From a virus: 64,000 bases of DNA. Of the stretch, positions 38,901 through 46,150 are shown one piece after another. The position numbers and the translations under genes are program-made. How positions within the stretch are numbered: the first letter of the stretch is position 1; every line of letters starts with the position of its first letter. Under the pieces are notes generated by a model, which was not told where the DNA came from, ran no database searches, and saw nothing but the letters and a program-made list of their open reading frames with translations. The DNA is taken from IMG/VR virus record IMGVR_UViG_3300044641_005643; one strand, written 5' to 3'.

Positions 38901-41606
38901 GGTTTAACAATTAACAGTGGAAACACAGCACAGTTTGACTTTTTAGATTTGGGATTTGATCTAGACAAAACCATTAGAATCGAAGCCAACGTGCCTTTTG
39001 ACTTTCAAAATAATGGATATTTTAGAATCGTGGGAGTTGATAGAGACACCATGATTTTGACAGGTCAGCCTGTTGAAACAACATTTAAAGTCACATTGAG
39101 TCAAAACATCAATGCCAATGTTGGTGATTATCTTACTCAGGCCAATTCTAGTGGAAATGCCTGGGTGTTACAGTCTGTAACCAATTCTAATCAAGTTGAT
39201 ATCATTTATATTACACCTGGATTTTTAACTGTCCCGAGTGGTAATGTATATGCCAATTTACAAATTAGTAAAAATGGCACACCTTTAAACGCAAATGTAA
39301 CGTCAATATCTAATTTTGATAAAACATTTACACCAATTGCATCAGGCGGAAATGTTGAAGTAACTATTGCTTATCTTGATCAAGATTACATTGTTGATTC
39401 AAATATTTACAGCACATATTTAGATACTGAATTAGGCACAAGACCTGAAGATATCAATATAGTAGGCGGAGCCTATTTTGACATTTATTCAAGTCATGCT
39501 CCGGAAGAACTTGTGCCTGGTAGAATGTATGACGCCATGGAAATGCGTGTGTTTAGTAACACCGCTGGTAACACAGCCACTTACGGTTACAGAGTGTTCC
39601 AACCAATGAGCGCCAATATAACCTACAGTAGAATTAGTGCCAATGCTACCACAACACTCGCTAACAATTTGCTTTATTCAGATCAAGAAATTTTAGTAAG
39701 TGATGTGACCAAGTTACCTGAGCCAAATGTACCAGCTGGTATTCCTGGAGTGGTCTATATCAATGGTGAAAAAATTCATTATTACCAAAGATACGATGCA
39801 GTCAAACTGAGCACAGCAGTGGCCTGGACAGCAAACACTGAAATTGCAAAAAATTCTTTGATTGTGATCAACAGTAATACATTCTTAACACTAGGCAACG
39901 TATATGCAAATTCCGAGTCATATATTAATTCGGCAAATATACAATTAGTGAAAAATAATTCTTTGCGTCAATTGCGCAGAGGTGTAGATGGTACGGGCAT
40001 AAGTGCAAATGTTAGTAGTGGAAATTTAGTATCCGACGGTAGTGTGATTCAAACTATACCAGAGGCTCAAATAACCAGCGCACAAACTATCACCGGTAAT
40101 CTACATGTTACATCAAACGCCACTTACAGAGCAGTGCTATCCAGCCCAATCACAGCAAGCATAGGTGATTACATTACACAATTTGCAGGGAATACAGGTA
40201 ATGCAAGAATAGTAGGCGGAAATGTAAAAGGTTACAGATTGTTCTTGTCAGGAAATACCAGTCAGCTTGAAGGGAATGTTATTACTCAATTTGGTACTTC
40301 GAATGCCACAGCTACAATTGTTGAAACTGTCAATAACTCTACCACATTGATTGTGACACCAAACAGTAAATTTATCAGTTCTTTGGTTGATCCTGTGTAT
40401 GTCAATAACAAACTGACAGGTCTTTACATCACCAGAGTTGAAAAAGATATAATAGAAGATGATGTTGTAGCTGTTGATATTGTATCCCCAGGACTATGGG
40501 CAACTGCAAATCTTGATTATACTTTGACTTTGAGTAATGCAATTAGTGCTGCCAAGAACGATATAATAACACAGTTCTATGATCCAGATACTTACTTAGT
40601 GGAGTTTTCAAGTCCTATTACATCTAATGTGGGCGACTACATAACTCAGTTCCAAGGCAACACATACAGATTACAATTGGATAAGACTATAAGCGCAAAC
40701 ATCGGGGACTACATTACTCAATTTGTAGGTAATGTATCAAATCTTCAAGTTATTGATGCAAATGTAGTTTCAAATTTTGTTAATGTACAATTTGTCACGG
40801 GCAATGTAGAAAATCTAAAATTTGCTACCAATATTGGCACCAGAGTCAATATTGCTAACTTGTACAGTTTTGGTGGATCGGTGTTTAGCAATACTTCGGC
40901 CAACATTGTCAGTATCTATCAAAAAGCATTCTCACCGAGCGTTGTAAATGTTGGCAATGCCAACTTGCGTGTTACAAGAAGCAGTTTTAACAGTAATGTT
41001 ATACCAGTTCAATTTATTACCGGCGATGTTAATGTAATTAAGACAGCTGCCAATGTAGGCACTAGGGCCAATATTGCCAATTTGCAAGCAAATACATTTA
41101 ATTTTACAACAGCAAACATAGTTAGTATAACAATTGCACCTAATGTTAAAACTGTGTTTAGAGTGCGTTCAAATGTAAGCTCTTCATTTACAGTTCCAGT
41201 AGAATTCATATCTGGTAACACTGCCACGTTGAAACTGGCCACTAACGTTGCTACCAGAATTATTGATTCAACTAACTTTATAACCAATGCAAATGTTGTG
41301 TCTATAAGTTTAGACGGATTCGGAAGCAATACCTTTGGTAATGCTGACACAAGAATCAGCGTAGCAAGTAAAACTATTGGTGTAGTTAGCACAACTGCTA
41401 ACATTTTAACTTTACAACCAATTGGAGATATTACATTTACCAATAATTTACAGTATCCGAGAAGTTTGTTGTCGAATGGAAATGTAGTTCTAAACGGTGT
41501 AACAACTTTAAAGAGTAACATTTGGGAACAGTTTGGTGTCACATTACAAAATAGCACCACTGCGGCAGCACAATTTATTAGAGAGCAGACTAGTTATATA
41601 CCATGA
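26916..41606 (+). CDS. Giant baseplate/virion structural protein (4896 aa; gp7-like position)
   Basis: Follows gp6. N-terminal FLPEVF and DKFVNF.QYYW. Contains FG-GAP-like blades, GGGSGA..I.NPG.GY repeats, EVKPYRT and C-terminal Asn-rich repeats. Confidence 0.75.
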   Translation: MAVFKTLQFLPEVFRTETNKKFLNATTDQLLSEPNLVKVSGYIGRKLAPSFKVTDSYITEPTQDRQNYQVEPTIVIKNPVSNKLEFATTYADITNKISYYGGFDNNHNRLFDNEYYSYDPQIDLDKFVNFVQYYWLENGPDEIIISAADVPTEATFNVTYDATKRSYSVSGFDAITNPLITLARGGSYTFNINEPGNKFFIQSKPGVSGFDPNLNNLETRTVLGVSNNGQDAGAVTFDVPSATAQIEWTLMPIVDQVNYATSLSYQDLQGCLISDLENLGGFDGPSTSFDNLSIVFVNNEYIDEQYWHNTARVLDDVIYLDQDVVIPLEQRTSIYQTSVYPDAQGNMRLYLATKFSVPNENKVRIVSGLENTGREFYKRSNIFNQVPSLTAALDFLYYQSDQSDNAVGVIRLIDYNAFTIDPATEIVGQKNYVSPNGVTFTNGLKVTFDSTAVAPYTNNTYYVEGVGTSIKLVEASTLFSTELDNDLSNPDYITINRSSIDNNAWSRSNRWFHVNILEKTAEYNNTQLLIDQNLRAQRPIIEFNSNLQLFNYGTQAKAAIDVLDDVVTNAYQQIQGVIINYSPPTAPTQATFSITVNSEFLRPGRTYKITSLGNTNWAAAGAPSGFGLNTEFIAIQGVPGTGQAQDTETVTFADGDRIVFTADEDLNVRNKIYNFSIELFSTNPANVYKAYFEEAEDSTIEDGHTVPVNYGSNGAKQWHFNGVSWVDSQQKTSINQPPKFDIIDNNGVSLGDNNVYPQSNFQGTKLFSYKVGTGTNDTVLGFPISYRNLATQGDIIFENNFDIDAFTYRSSAGLELTGTINSGLLQKNITRTTSSRINIWQINLNFSQQYQIFNFIYDGTTNLFPIDILPDVTLDSPNIKVTINNVRVENGNFAITQINERLAILINPSLLQVNDAVFVSIFNSQETSRDAFYEVPLNLDNNSLNINTTELTLGQMRNHLIAFKNNSLDIVGTVPGKSNLRDIFYTNRGGAILQHSAPVVYPGLFLNHPTMSFVDSLRLASREYSKFKQKFLEYAANLELDRQNTAAAVDTILQRINSVKNSNFPWQFSDMVPYGESNKVTLPSYTVFDPEIRTYEITNIFQDTVISNKAVLVYLTRTLDNITTTELLIKGRDYTFDQTRAAINIVESFTLLIDDIISIVEYSSTDGSYIPETPTKLGMYPKYIPEIYTDNTYRTPVPVIQGHDGSLTVAFGDFRDNLLLELEKRIYNNIKVEYDVNLFNINDYIPGKFRVVDYNLQEINQLLSQDFLRWAGTNRVNYTTNNTFSASDPFTWNLKKFRDIVNGENFPGTWRSIYRYFFDTDRPHTHPWEMLGFSEKPDYWNDRYGPAPYTGGNFVLWSDLEAGYIHAGPRAGLDLRYSRPSLTSIIPVDDNGNLRSPTEFLATDYDSLSANLSFAVGDIGPTELAWRRSSEFPFALHFALAITKPARYFGLLLDIENYKRNLATSQFLVESDGHITPSIIKINGYINADNTIDRAAGYINWIVDYAKNLGINDASTYVKDNLELLNIQLSYKMAGFSDKSIINLLAEQFSPSSINASVVIPDENYSIELYKGAPLDKLSYSAVVIEKTENGYTVSGYDIGNPYFVIVPSLANNNSYNIQVGDSTAVVYQDFKNQRLAIPYGFEFSKKQQVVDFLIGYQRYLTLQGFVFDERDNLLKEKKDWALSSKEFLHWTNQGWKTGNVLVLSPVSDYITIFNPTAIIDEVTGSAYGSRILDINSKAIRKNSFTVTRDNGLFTIKCIANETIGFATFDFVQYEHLLLLDNTTVFNDVIYVPETGSRQSRLKLVGNKTGLWNGSLELPGYIYSNETVPEWLAGSDYLKGSLVTYKSSLYTALQNIIAADTFQIAFWQKIDNNELRSGLINNFATNASQSLRYYDINDQPINEEIQLFSNGLIGFRPREYFTNLGIDVTTQSKFYQGLIKQGGTLNAIDALQGSQFNNLGTQPLTVYENWAIRVGEYGALETNNFLEFVLPEQFFRNNPSVFQLADVESNTDVDIKTFTQQSVYRQSSAFQVDFLKTVDYNEPVEFKPLPVAGFVHLDDINNTVFDIKNYESYREIADEIGIGYTIWTARDLNDEWNVYRATPVPGLIFILRYHLNSQAEFVSNAPHGLQENDIVALKNFDPRYNGMYLVQSIVDDTRFLATIYSNLQELIESQAVLGQGLLYKLTSSKFATPLDIVNYAPNSGLIRNDKVWVETVDDKDNWGVYTKTDPWIYRETIQLDQYSGFDHFGSAIALDFTSTYLYASAPDSGSGRIGVYSRDSQDEFTLRASLFSNHIYSQINQFGKVIATGTKNNVNSYLIASDPTATNDTGVVYVFKDRLLQCILTAESGVSGDMFGHSLALSDDAQYLYVGAPGANKVYCYAIDYERQSAVQELIQPDNGSITTLSLTALIDNATDIVVSASIIASQFLPYIDYNLDNTIDASIETFTFSGTAASGTANYINVSAVGGSGTGATFDVARSGGVYTVTLNNPGKGYVLNDTISILGEELGGSSLTNGLTINITKVLVGITGYTQTGDRPAAGTEVFYYNRTATGGTGTGAKFRVSYSSASDFYTLVLENAGVDYLIGDVLTIDGATVGGSTGVHDITITVTAVGAVTNLVFATPPASFLIMSVVKPAEKYIFLETLPKSSEVAINSEFGSAVVCNSDGSVIAVGASNTTVNDVSGAGAVFVYHRTKTELTTTGSSNTFTLPDPFGNFYRVYLDGVLQYDFTNKPEDVDADYTITSINPSQITFGDPGSSFLEPRRKLFVETNQFVYDQVLYSNLTGSLSDNFGSGLAMCNTGCNIYVVSSKYIEADYSQGLVTRFLNVGRIYGTILSTKTNPTVTPGQSIIINDRLVQFSGSQLANVIADINQALIPGVTASNESGKLRITSDVTVVGNRLNILNGNQGTPLADLGLEDYKFVQVFKHPETEQQFYGTSIAVDQTTGVLVIGSEGGDYDLPISFDQGLPLITTFDGNTTNFIDVLKDSGAVYVYDLLENPNEDIDNPSLFAYSQKLFGPALDDNVNFGSSVVLNGKYLIAGLSNARTISSENGELFYFYNEDEQSGWALSRFRQPRVDTNAVLSSFLYNVNSQQILDFFDYLDPAKGKLLGVVDQELDYKEEYDPASYNQSNRADTINNTNFYWSDKQVGRIWWDLSTISFIDYEQDEITYRIKNWGSLFPGSLVTIYEWVESDFLPSQYVDSVGDGAPRYADNSAYSSVTFIDPVTGIVTQKYYYWVVGKSNVDVLKTKRTISALALQNYITSPKDQNIPYLALLAPNAVGLYNIADKLSGENVAIHFDLAQIRNTNLIHTEWQLVQQGASLTNLPTKIINKLKDSLAGFDELGAIVPDPALSAQDKPGVSLLPRQSMVIHRNTAITTYVETLNLILVEYPILLLSTPTSLKSEEPLPVSGFDEQTDSVDNLNYIDTTTLPNGYKILVPSDTNHNGKWTIYSYNSSTGEFDLVRIQSYKSTLYWTAIDWYDTVYQPGTTIAYTLNTYAEIQTISPIAGDYIKILDGGNGTWILYETQDDLSLTLIGAQNGTLQLNRALYDPSLGGGYDTTTYDVSGYDPIPTEEFRLIYDGMVQQILVGELSVEFNNLFFAMLNYIFTEQKSPDWVIKTSLIDVVHGLRSLEQFPNFTRDNQVFYQDYINEVKPYRTQIKEYIPNYFKQDNLDSNITDFDLPSAYDARFDQFRSPSLSNQFDNELFEQPIYSDWANNYKFQIVDFILGNIGLDYTFPPNVEITGGGGSGASAITTLYSNGSISGITIINPGVGYTSAPDVTINGDGIGGQAYPILKNQYYSLQSNLSYNLVKNIFTTLKFDRTTYSSNLVTWTPNTSYSNIVISSDTLDPGNLYIVSGNLVVHENEVYLPQNANATPWLVNTLYPINSYISFSNNVYSTSGNVYASSFAAASVQANVEIVSQFDFTRFSIIQDGNVLLNALDRITAYYEPTVGMPGKNIDELLSGTKYPASKVTGPTFRANAFEVSSNIISFNYDGLTINSGNTAQFDFLDLGFDLDKTIRIEANVPFDFQNNGYFRIVGVDRDTMILTGQPVETTFKVTLSQNINANVGDYLTQANSSGNAWVLQSVTNSNQVDIIYITPGFLTVPSGNVYANLQISKNGTPLNANVTSISNFDKTFTPIASGGNVEVTIAYLDQDYIVDSNIYSTYLDTELGTRPEDINIVGGAYFDIYSSHAPEELVPGRMYDAMEMRVFSNTAGNTATYGYRVFQPMSANITYSRISANATTTLANNLLYSDQEILVSDVTKLPEPNVPAGIPGVVYINGEKIHYYQRYDAVKLSTAVAWTANTEIAKNSLIVINSNTFLTLGNVYANSESYINSANIQLVKNNSLRQLRRGVDGTGISANVSSGNLVSDGSVIQTIPEAQITSAQTITGNLHVTSNATYRAVLSSPITASIGDYITQFAGNTGNARIVGGNVKGYRLFLSGNTSQLEGNVITQFGTSNATATIVETVNNSTTLIVTPNSKFISSLVDPVYVNNKLTGLYITRVEKDIIEDDVVAVDIVSPGLWATANLDYTLTLSNAISAAKNDIITQFYDPDTYLVEFSSPITSNVGDYITQFQGNTYRLQLDKTISANIGDYITQFVGNVSNLQVIDANVVSNFVNVQFVTGNVENLKFATNIGTRVNIANLYSFGGSVFSNTSANIVSIYQKAFSPSVVNVGNANLRVTRSSFNSNVIPVQFITGDVNVIKTAANVGTRANIANLQANTFNFTTANIVSITIAPNVKTVFRVRSNVSSSFTVPVEFISGNTATLKLATNVATRIIDSTNFITNANVVSISLDGFGSNTFGNADTRISVASKTIGVVSTTANILTLQPIGDITFTNNLQYPRSLLSNGNVVLNGVTTLKSNIWEQFGVTLQNSTTAAAQFIREQTSYIP

Positions 41607-41626
41607 ATACCTCACTAAATAGTAAT

Positions 41627-42301
41627 ATGGAATCAAAAATGGAAAATTTACAACAAGATAAAGACAATAATACGAAGCCAGATGAAATAGGTGGCTTAAA
41701 TGTACAGGGTCACATCAAGATTTTTGACCCCGAATCAGGTGAAATTTTTATCGAAAAACGTAACGCCATTCATTATGAAAATATAAGTGAAGCGATTGGT
41801 TACACATTGGCCAACAAAGGACAAAGCTATATTTTTGAAATGCATTTTGGCAATGGTGGAACAAGTGTAGATCCTACTGGAATTATTAACTATTTGCCAC
41901 CAAACACAAACACAGGTAACAGTAATCTTTACAATCCAACTTTTGCCAAAATTGTAGATAATACCAGTGCTTTAAATGCTGACCCTACTAGAAACAAAAT
42001 GGAAGTCAGACATGTTCCTGGCCGTGTGTATAGCGATATTGTGGTCAGTTGTTTATTGGATTATGGCGAACCTCCGGGGCAAAGTGCATTTGATAATAGC
42101 ACAACCTTGGAAGATACCTACACGTTTGATGAACTTGGTCTAAAAGCCAGAAGTAATGATGGTACGTCGGGATTGACAACTACAGGAAAATTACTAACGC
42201 ATGTTATTTTCCATCCAGTACAAAAAAGTTTAAATCGATTGATACAGATTGATTACACAATTAGAATACAAACTTTAACCAATTTAAGTAGCATAGGATA
42301 A
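41627..42301 (+). CDS. Conserved virion structural protein (baseplate/fibre attachment)
   Basis: GHIKIFDP, KRNAIHYEN, FGNGG, LDYGEP, FDELGL, LLTHVIFHPVQKS. Start could be 41603, 41627 or 41639. TAAATA at 41616-41621 favours 41627 or later. Confidence 0.65.
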   Translation: MESKMENLQQDKDNNTKPDEIGGLNVQGHIKIFDPESGEIFIEKRNAIHYENISEAIGYTLANKGQSYIFEMHFGNGGTSVDPTGIINYLPPNTNTGNSNLYNPTFAKIVDNTSALNADPTRNKMEVRHVPGRVYSDIVVSCLLDYGEPPGQSAFDNSTTLEDTYTFDELGLKARSNDGTSGLTTTGKLLTHVIFHPVQKSLNRLIQIDYTIRIQTLTNLSSIG

Positions 42302-42305
42302 TATA

Positions 42306-43421
42306 ATGCCATATTTTGTGTCAAAAACAGATGGTACTGTTATAACTGTACAAGACGGTACTAAAGATACCACCAGCACCAGCTTAACCTTAATTGGCAG
42401 ATTGGCACAAAATTATGGTGATCAAACCAATGAGAATTTTGTAAGATTATTAGAAAATTTTAGTGCAAATACCGAACCGGCCTTTCCGATTACTGGTCAG
42501 TTGTATTTTGATAAAGGTAATACCAGTTTAAAAATTTATTCAATCAACAACACATGGATACCAGTTGGTAGCGTGATACAAGGTAATGTTGATATTTCTG
42601 GAAATTTAGAAATTGGTTCTAGCGGTTTCCGTATAAACGACACCAACGGCAATGTTCAAATTACCAACTCTTCTAACATTGGTAATGTAAGTGTTTTTGC
42701 TAATGTATCTGGGGTTAGCACAAGAGTGCTGCACATTAACGGTAGTAACGGTCAAGTTGAAGTGGCAGCTAATGCCACAAACAATTTTGGTTTAACAACC
42801 AAAATTTATGTTGATAGTCAATTGGCTTCTGTGTTAGCAAATACCACAAGCAGTTTTAATGCAAATATTAATGCAATCAATTCAAATCTGGCAGCTAGGA
42901 TTTCAGAAGAAGATCAACTGCGAGCCAATATTACTGCTGCCAATGCTCAGATAGCTCTTAGAGATACCATATCTCGAGTAGATACAATAAACAATACAAT
43001 TAATTCGTCTATTATTTCTAATGTAAATGTTATTAACTCCAACTTGGCATCAAGACTAAATCAAACAGTTGCAGTTGAAACAGCAATGTTGGCAAATGTT
43101 GGCGCTGCTAATCTTAGAGTAAATGCAGCCAACATCGATATCGCCGCCTTGAATACCAAGATAGATAACAACACAGTAGATCTTAACATAGCAATTTTAA
43201 ACAATGTTGCGACCAAGTCTGATTTAGTAAGTCCTGTTTTCACTGGAACTCCCGTCGCACCTACCGCATCCTTTGGTGCAAATACAACACAGATAGCCAC
43301 CACTGAATATGTAATGACCAGAAGCACCTTCTGGGACGGTAGCAGAAAGTTTGTTAGCACATCTGATCCTACTGTGAGCGATGGTAACAATGGCGATATT
43401 TGGTTCAAGTATATTCCGTAA
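42306..43421 (+). CDS. Tail fibre-related protein
   Basis: N-terminal DGT.D.TSTSLTL.G...ENF...P..GQL shared with 44486. Coiled-coil middle. SPVFTGTPVAPTA...TTQIATTEYV fibre motif. Confidence 0.7.
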   Translation: MPYFVSKTDGTVITVQDGTKDTTSTSLTLIGRLAQNYGDQTNENFVRLLENFSANTEPAFPITGQLYFDKGNTSLKIYSINNTWIPVGSVIQGNVDISGNLEIGSSGFRINDTNGNVQITNSSNIGNVSVFANVSGVSTRVLHINGSNGQVEVAANATNNFGLTTKIYVDSQLASVLANTTSSFNANINAINSNLAARISEEDQLRANITAANAQIALRDTISRVDTINNTINSSIISNVNVINSNLASRLNQTVAVETAMLANVGAANLRVNAANIDIAALNTKIDNNTVDLNIAILNNVATKSDLVSPVFTGTPVAPTASFGANTTQIATTEYVMTRSTFWDGSRKFVSTSDPTVSDGNNGDIWFKYIP

Positions 43422-43424
43422 AGT

Positions 43425-44429
43425 ATGCCAACAAAATTAATTTCTCGCGAATTTACAATTACATCAACTGGTAGGTTCGTGATCGAAATGCCATTCAAAG
43501 CAAATATCACTGCACACCTCTGGGGTGGCGGAGGCGGAGGTGGCGGATTTGATTCTGACAGTCCCTGGGGTGGAGTAGGATCGCCAGGTTTATATAATAC
43601 CACAACTTTTTCTGTTAATCGAGGCGACATACTTGAAGTGGTTGTCGGACAGGGAGGAAATGGAGGCGGGTCTATCAATGGCAGTTCGCCTGGTGGCAGA
43701 GCTGGAAATAGTAGAATACAAATAAATGGTAACAACAATTTAAGTTTTAATGGCGGCCAAGGAGGAAATTCAGGGCCAATTGGTAGCGGTGGTGCAGGCG
43801 GCGGTGGCGGCGGTGCATCAGCTATCTTGATCAATAGTGCTCTGGCTATTGTTGCAGCCGGGGGAGGTGGCGGCGGCGGTGCAGGCGATGGCGGTCAAAG
43901 TCAAGGACAAATAAGCAACGCATCTATACAGAACAACGCTACTGGGGAAGCAGCCACTGACTACAGAGGTGAAAACGGTCAAAATAAAACCGGAAATGGC
44001 GGCGGTGGCGGTGCTGGAGGTGGCGGTTACCCAGGTGGTCAGGGAGGTGCAATAGTTGGTTTAGATAGAACTGCTTATGCAGGACAATGCGGTGGTAACT
44101 TTCCAATATTTTCAGCCAATACTGGAGTGAATACACCCTACTATAAAGCCGGGTTCGCTGCCGGCGGCAGCAGCGGAGGCGGCAATGGGCAAAATGGTAG
44201 AGTGTTTGTACAGATTGAACCAACGGGCTTGTTTGGTATCAAAACTGGTGGCGAGTGGAGTCAAGTAAGCGAAGCATTTGTCAAAATAAGCGGCGCCTGG
44301 AAAGATATAGAAAAAATTTTTATAAAAGTTGATGATAATTGGAGAGAAGTGCAAGGGGCAGGACAAAGAAATTTAGATTTTGTAGCTAACACACAACTTT
44401 ACAGTACATCAATTCGAAGCTTTACCTAA
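43425..44429 (+). CDS. Glycine-rich tail fibre/adhesin-like protein
   Basis: LWGGGGGGG and poly-Gly runs. C-terminal (I/V)KxxGxWx repeats. Confidence 0.7.
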   Translation: MPTKLISREFTITSTGRFVIEMPFKANITAHLWGGGGGGGGFDSDSPWGGVGSPGLYNTTTFSVNRGDILEVVVGQGGNGGGSINGSSPGGRAGNSRIQINGNNNLSFNGGQGGNSGPIGSGGAGGGGGGASAILINSALAIVAAGGGGGGGAGDGGQSQGQISNASIQNNATGEAATDYRGENGQNKTGNGGGGGAGGGGYPGGQGGAIVGLDRTAYAGQCGGNFPIFSANTGVNTPYYKAGFAAGGSSGGGNGQNGRVFVQIEPTGLFGIKTGGEWSQVSEAFVKISGAWKDIEKIFIKVDDNWREVQGAGQRNLDFVANTQLYSTSIRSFT

Positions 44430-44454
44430 GCTTTTGGCGGCAAATTTTAATTCA

Positions 44455-44460
44455 TAAATA
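44455..44460 (+). promoter_or_regulatory. Putative late promoter core
   Basis: CATAAATA, then GGAG SD and ATG 44486. Confidence 0.55.
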
Positions 44461-44485
44461 ATAAACAGTTGGAGATTTTTTAAAA

Positions 44486-46141
44486 ATGGCATATAATATA
44501 ACCTTAACAAACGGATCTGCTTTGATTACCGGCGGATTAGTTGACGGCACTATTGACATCACATCAACAAGCTTGACTTTGGTAGGTAAAAACTATCCCG
44601 GATACGGTATATTTTTAAACCAAAATATGGTAAGATTGATGGAAAATTTTGCCAATGGATCGCAACCAACTGCACCTTTGCCAGGCCAACTTTGGTGGAA
44701 TTCTTCAACAAAATACTTGAATATTAATACAGCCACAACCAAAGGCACAGCAAATGCAATATGGAAAACTATTGCAACAATGACTTATGCTGGCAGTTTT
44801 ACTACTACACCGGTAGCAGGAGAGCAATGGTTTGATACAATCAACCAACAATTAAAAGTATGGAATGGAACTGCATGGGTTGTTATTGGCCCAGTATCTG
44901 CTACTGCATTGGGTAACACTGGTGCTATTCCTGACACGTTACAATCTGTATTGCCCGGCGGCGGAGCAGGACCAACCTATGTTGTACTAAAGTTTTTTAT
45001 TGATGGTACACTGGTTGGTATTTGGAGCAAAGATGTTCAGTTTAATACTAATGTATCTGGTTTTGCTACTGTGTCGCGTGGTTTAAATTTAAATACAGAT
45101 CTTAACCAACAGTTTTATGGAAATACAGCACTAGCCCTAGCTTTAAGTGTAAGTGGTGCCAGTGTGCCAGCAACATCTTTTTTAAGAAACGATCAGTCAG
45201 GTACAATTAACGGTTTCTTGGTAGTAGATGATGACAATGGAATTACAGTAGGCGAGGCAGGAGAATTTGTTGCATCCGTTGATACTGGTGTTGTAAAATT
45301 AAGGAATACATCAAACAATAAAGATCTTGTTTTAGGAGTTAAAAAAAGTGGAGTTGATCAAAACGTATTAAGATTAAATTACGATACCGGATTGCCAGAA
45401 GCGTATAGCAATCCTGTTTCATCATCCCCTGATTTAAGCCTTGCCACAAAGTTTTATGTTGATAGATTGTTGGGCGGTGGTACGTTTATCAGTACCTTTA
45501 ATGCAAGCTTGAATCCAGCTGCAAACGTTACCTTTACTTTAGGAAACACTACTAACAGATGGAGTAATGTTTTTACTCAAAGCATGCTGGTAGGTAATGT
45601 GTTTGCTGCCAATACATTTACTCATCAATCAAATATTACCGGAACAGTATTTGTGTCGTCTGACATCATGCCTGTGTCTAATACTACTTCTAATCTGGGC
45701 AGTATTGGTATGTGGTTTAATACAATTCACGGAAAATCAGTGCAAGCCCAATACGCTGACTTGGCAGAAAGATTTGCGGCAGATATGCCTTATGACCCAG
45801 GAACAGTTGTAGCCATTGGCGGTATTAAAGAAATCACAGCTGAAAAGAAAGAACTAAGTGAAGATGTATTTGGAGTTATTAGCACTAGAGCAGCCTATTT
45901 GATGAACGGCGCAGCGGGTCCAAACTCAACACATCCGCCAGTGGCTGTAAATGGTAGAGTTCCAGTTAAGGTGATAGGTTCAGTGAGAAAAGGAGACAGA
46001 CTTGTAAGTGCAGGCGATGGTTTGGCTAGAGCAGGTGCTAAACATGAACTTTCTCCTTGGAACGTTATTGGACGCAGTTTAGAAGATAAATTAGATACCG
46101 GCGAAGGCATAGTTGAAGCCATCGTAAAATTAAACAGTTAA
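44486..46141 (+). CDS. Tail fibre protein with C-terminal intramolecular chaperone/peptidase G2-like domain
   Basis: N-terminus paralogous to 42306. C-terminal AQYADLAE...GVIST..AYLMN...GRVPVKV.G...KGD.LV. Confidence 0.7.
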   Translation: MAYNITLTNGSALITGGLVDGTIDITSTSLTLVGKNYPGYGIFLNQNMVRLMENFANGSQPTAPLPGQLWWNSSTKYLNINTATTKGTANAIWKTIATMTYAGSFTTTPVAGEQWFDTINQQLKVWNGTAWVVIGPVSATALGNTGAIPDTLQSVLPGGGAGPTYVVLKFFIDGTLVGIWSKDVQFNTNVSGFATVSRGLNLNTDLNQQFYGNTALALALSVSGASVPATSFLRNDQSGTINGFLVVDDDNGITVGEAGEFVASVDTGVVKLRNTSNNKDLVLGVKKSGVDQNVLRLNYDTGLPEAYSNPVSSSPDLSLATKFYVDRLLGGGTFISTFNASLNPAANVTFTLGNTTNRWSNVFTQSMLVGNVFAANTFTHQSNITGTVFVSSDIMPVSNTTSNLGSIGMWFNTIHGKSVQAQYADLAERFAADMPYDPGTVVAIGGIKEITAEKKELSEDVFGVISTRAAYLMNGAAGPNSTHPPVAVNGRVPVKVIGSVRKGDRLVSAGDGLARAGAKHELSPWNVIGRSLEDKLDTGEGIVEAIVKLNS

Positions 46142-46150
46142 GGATTAGCA

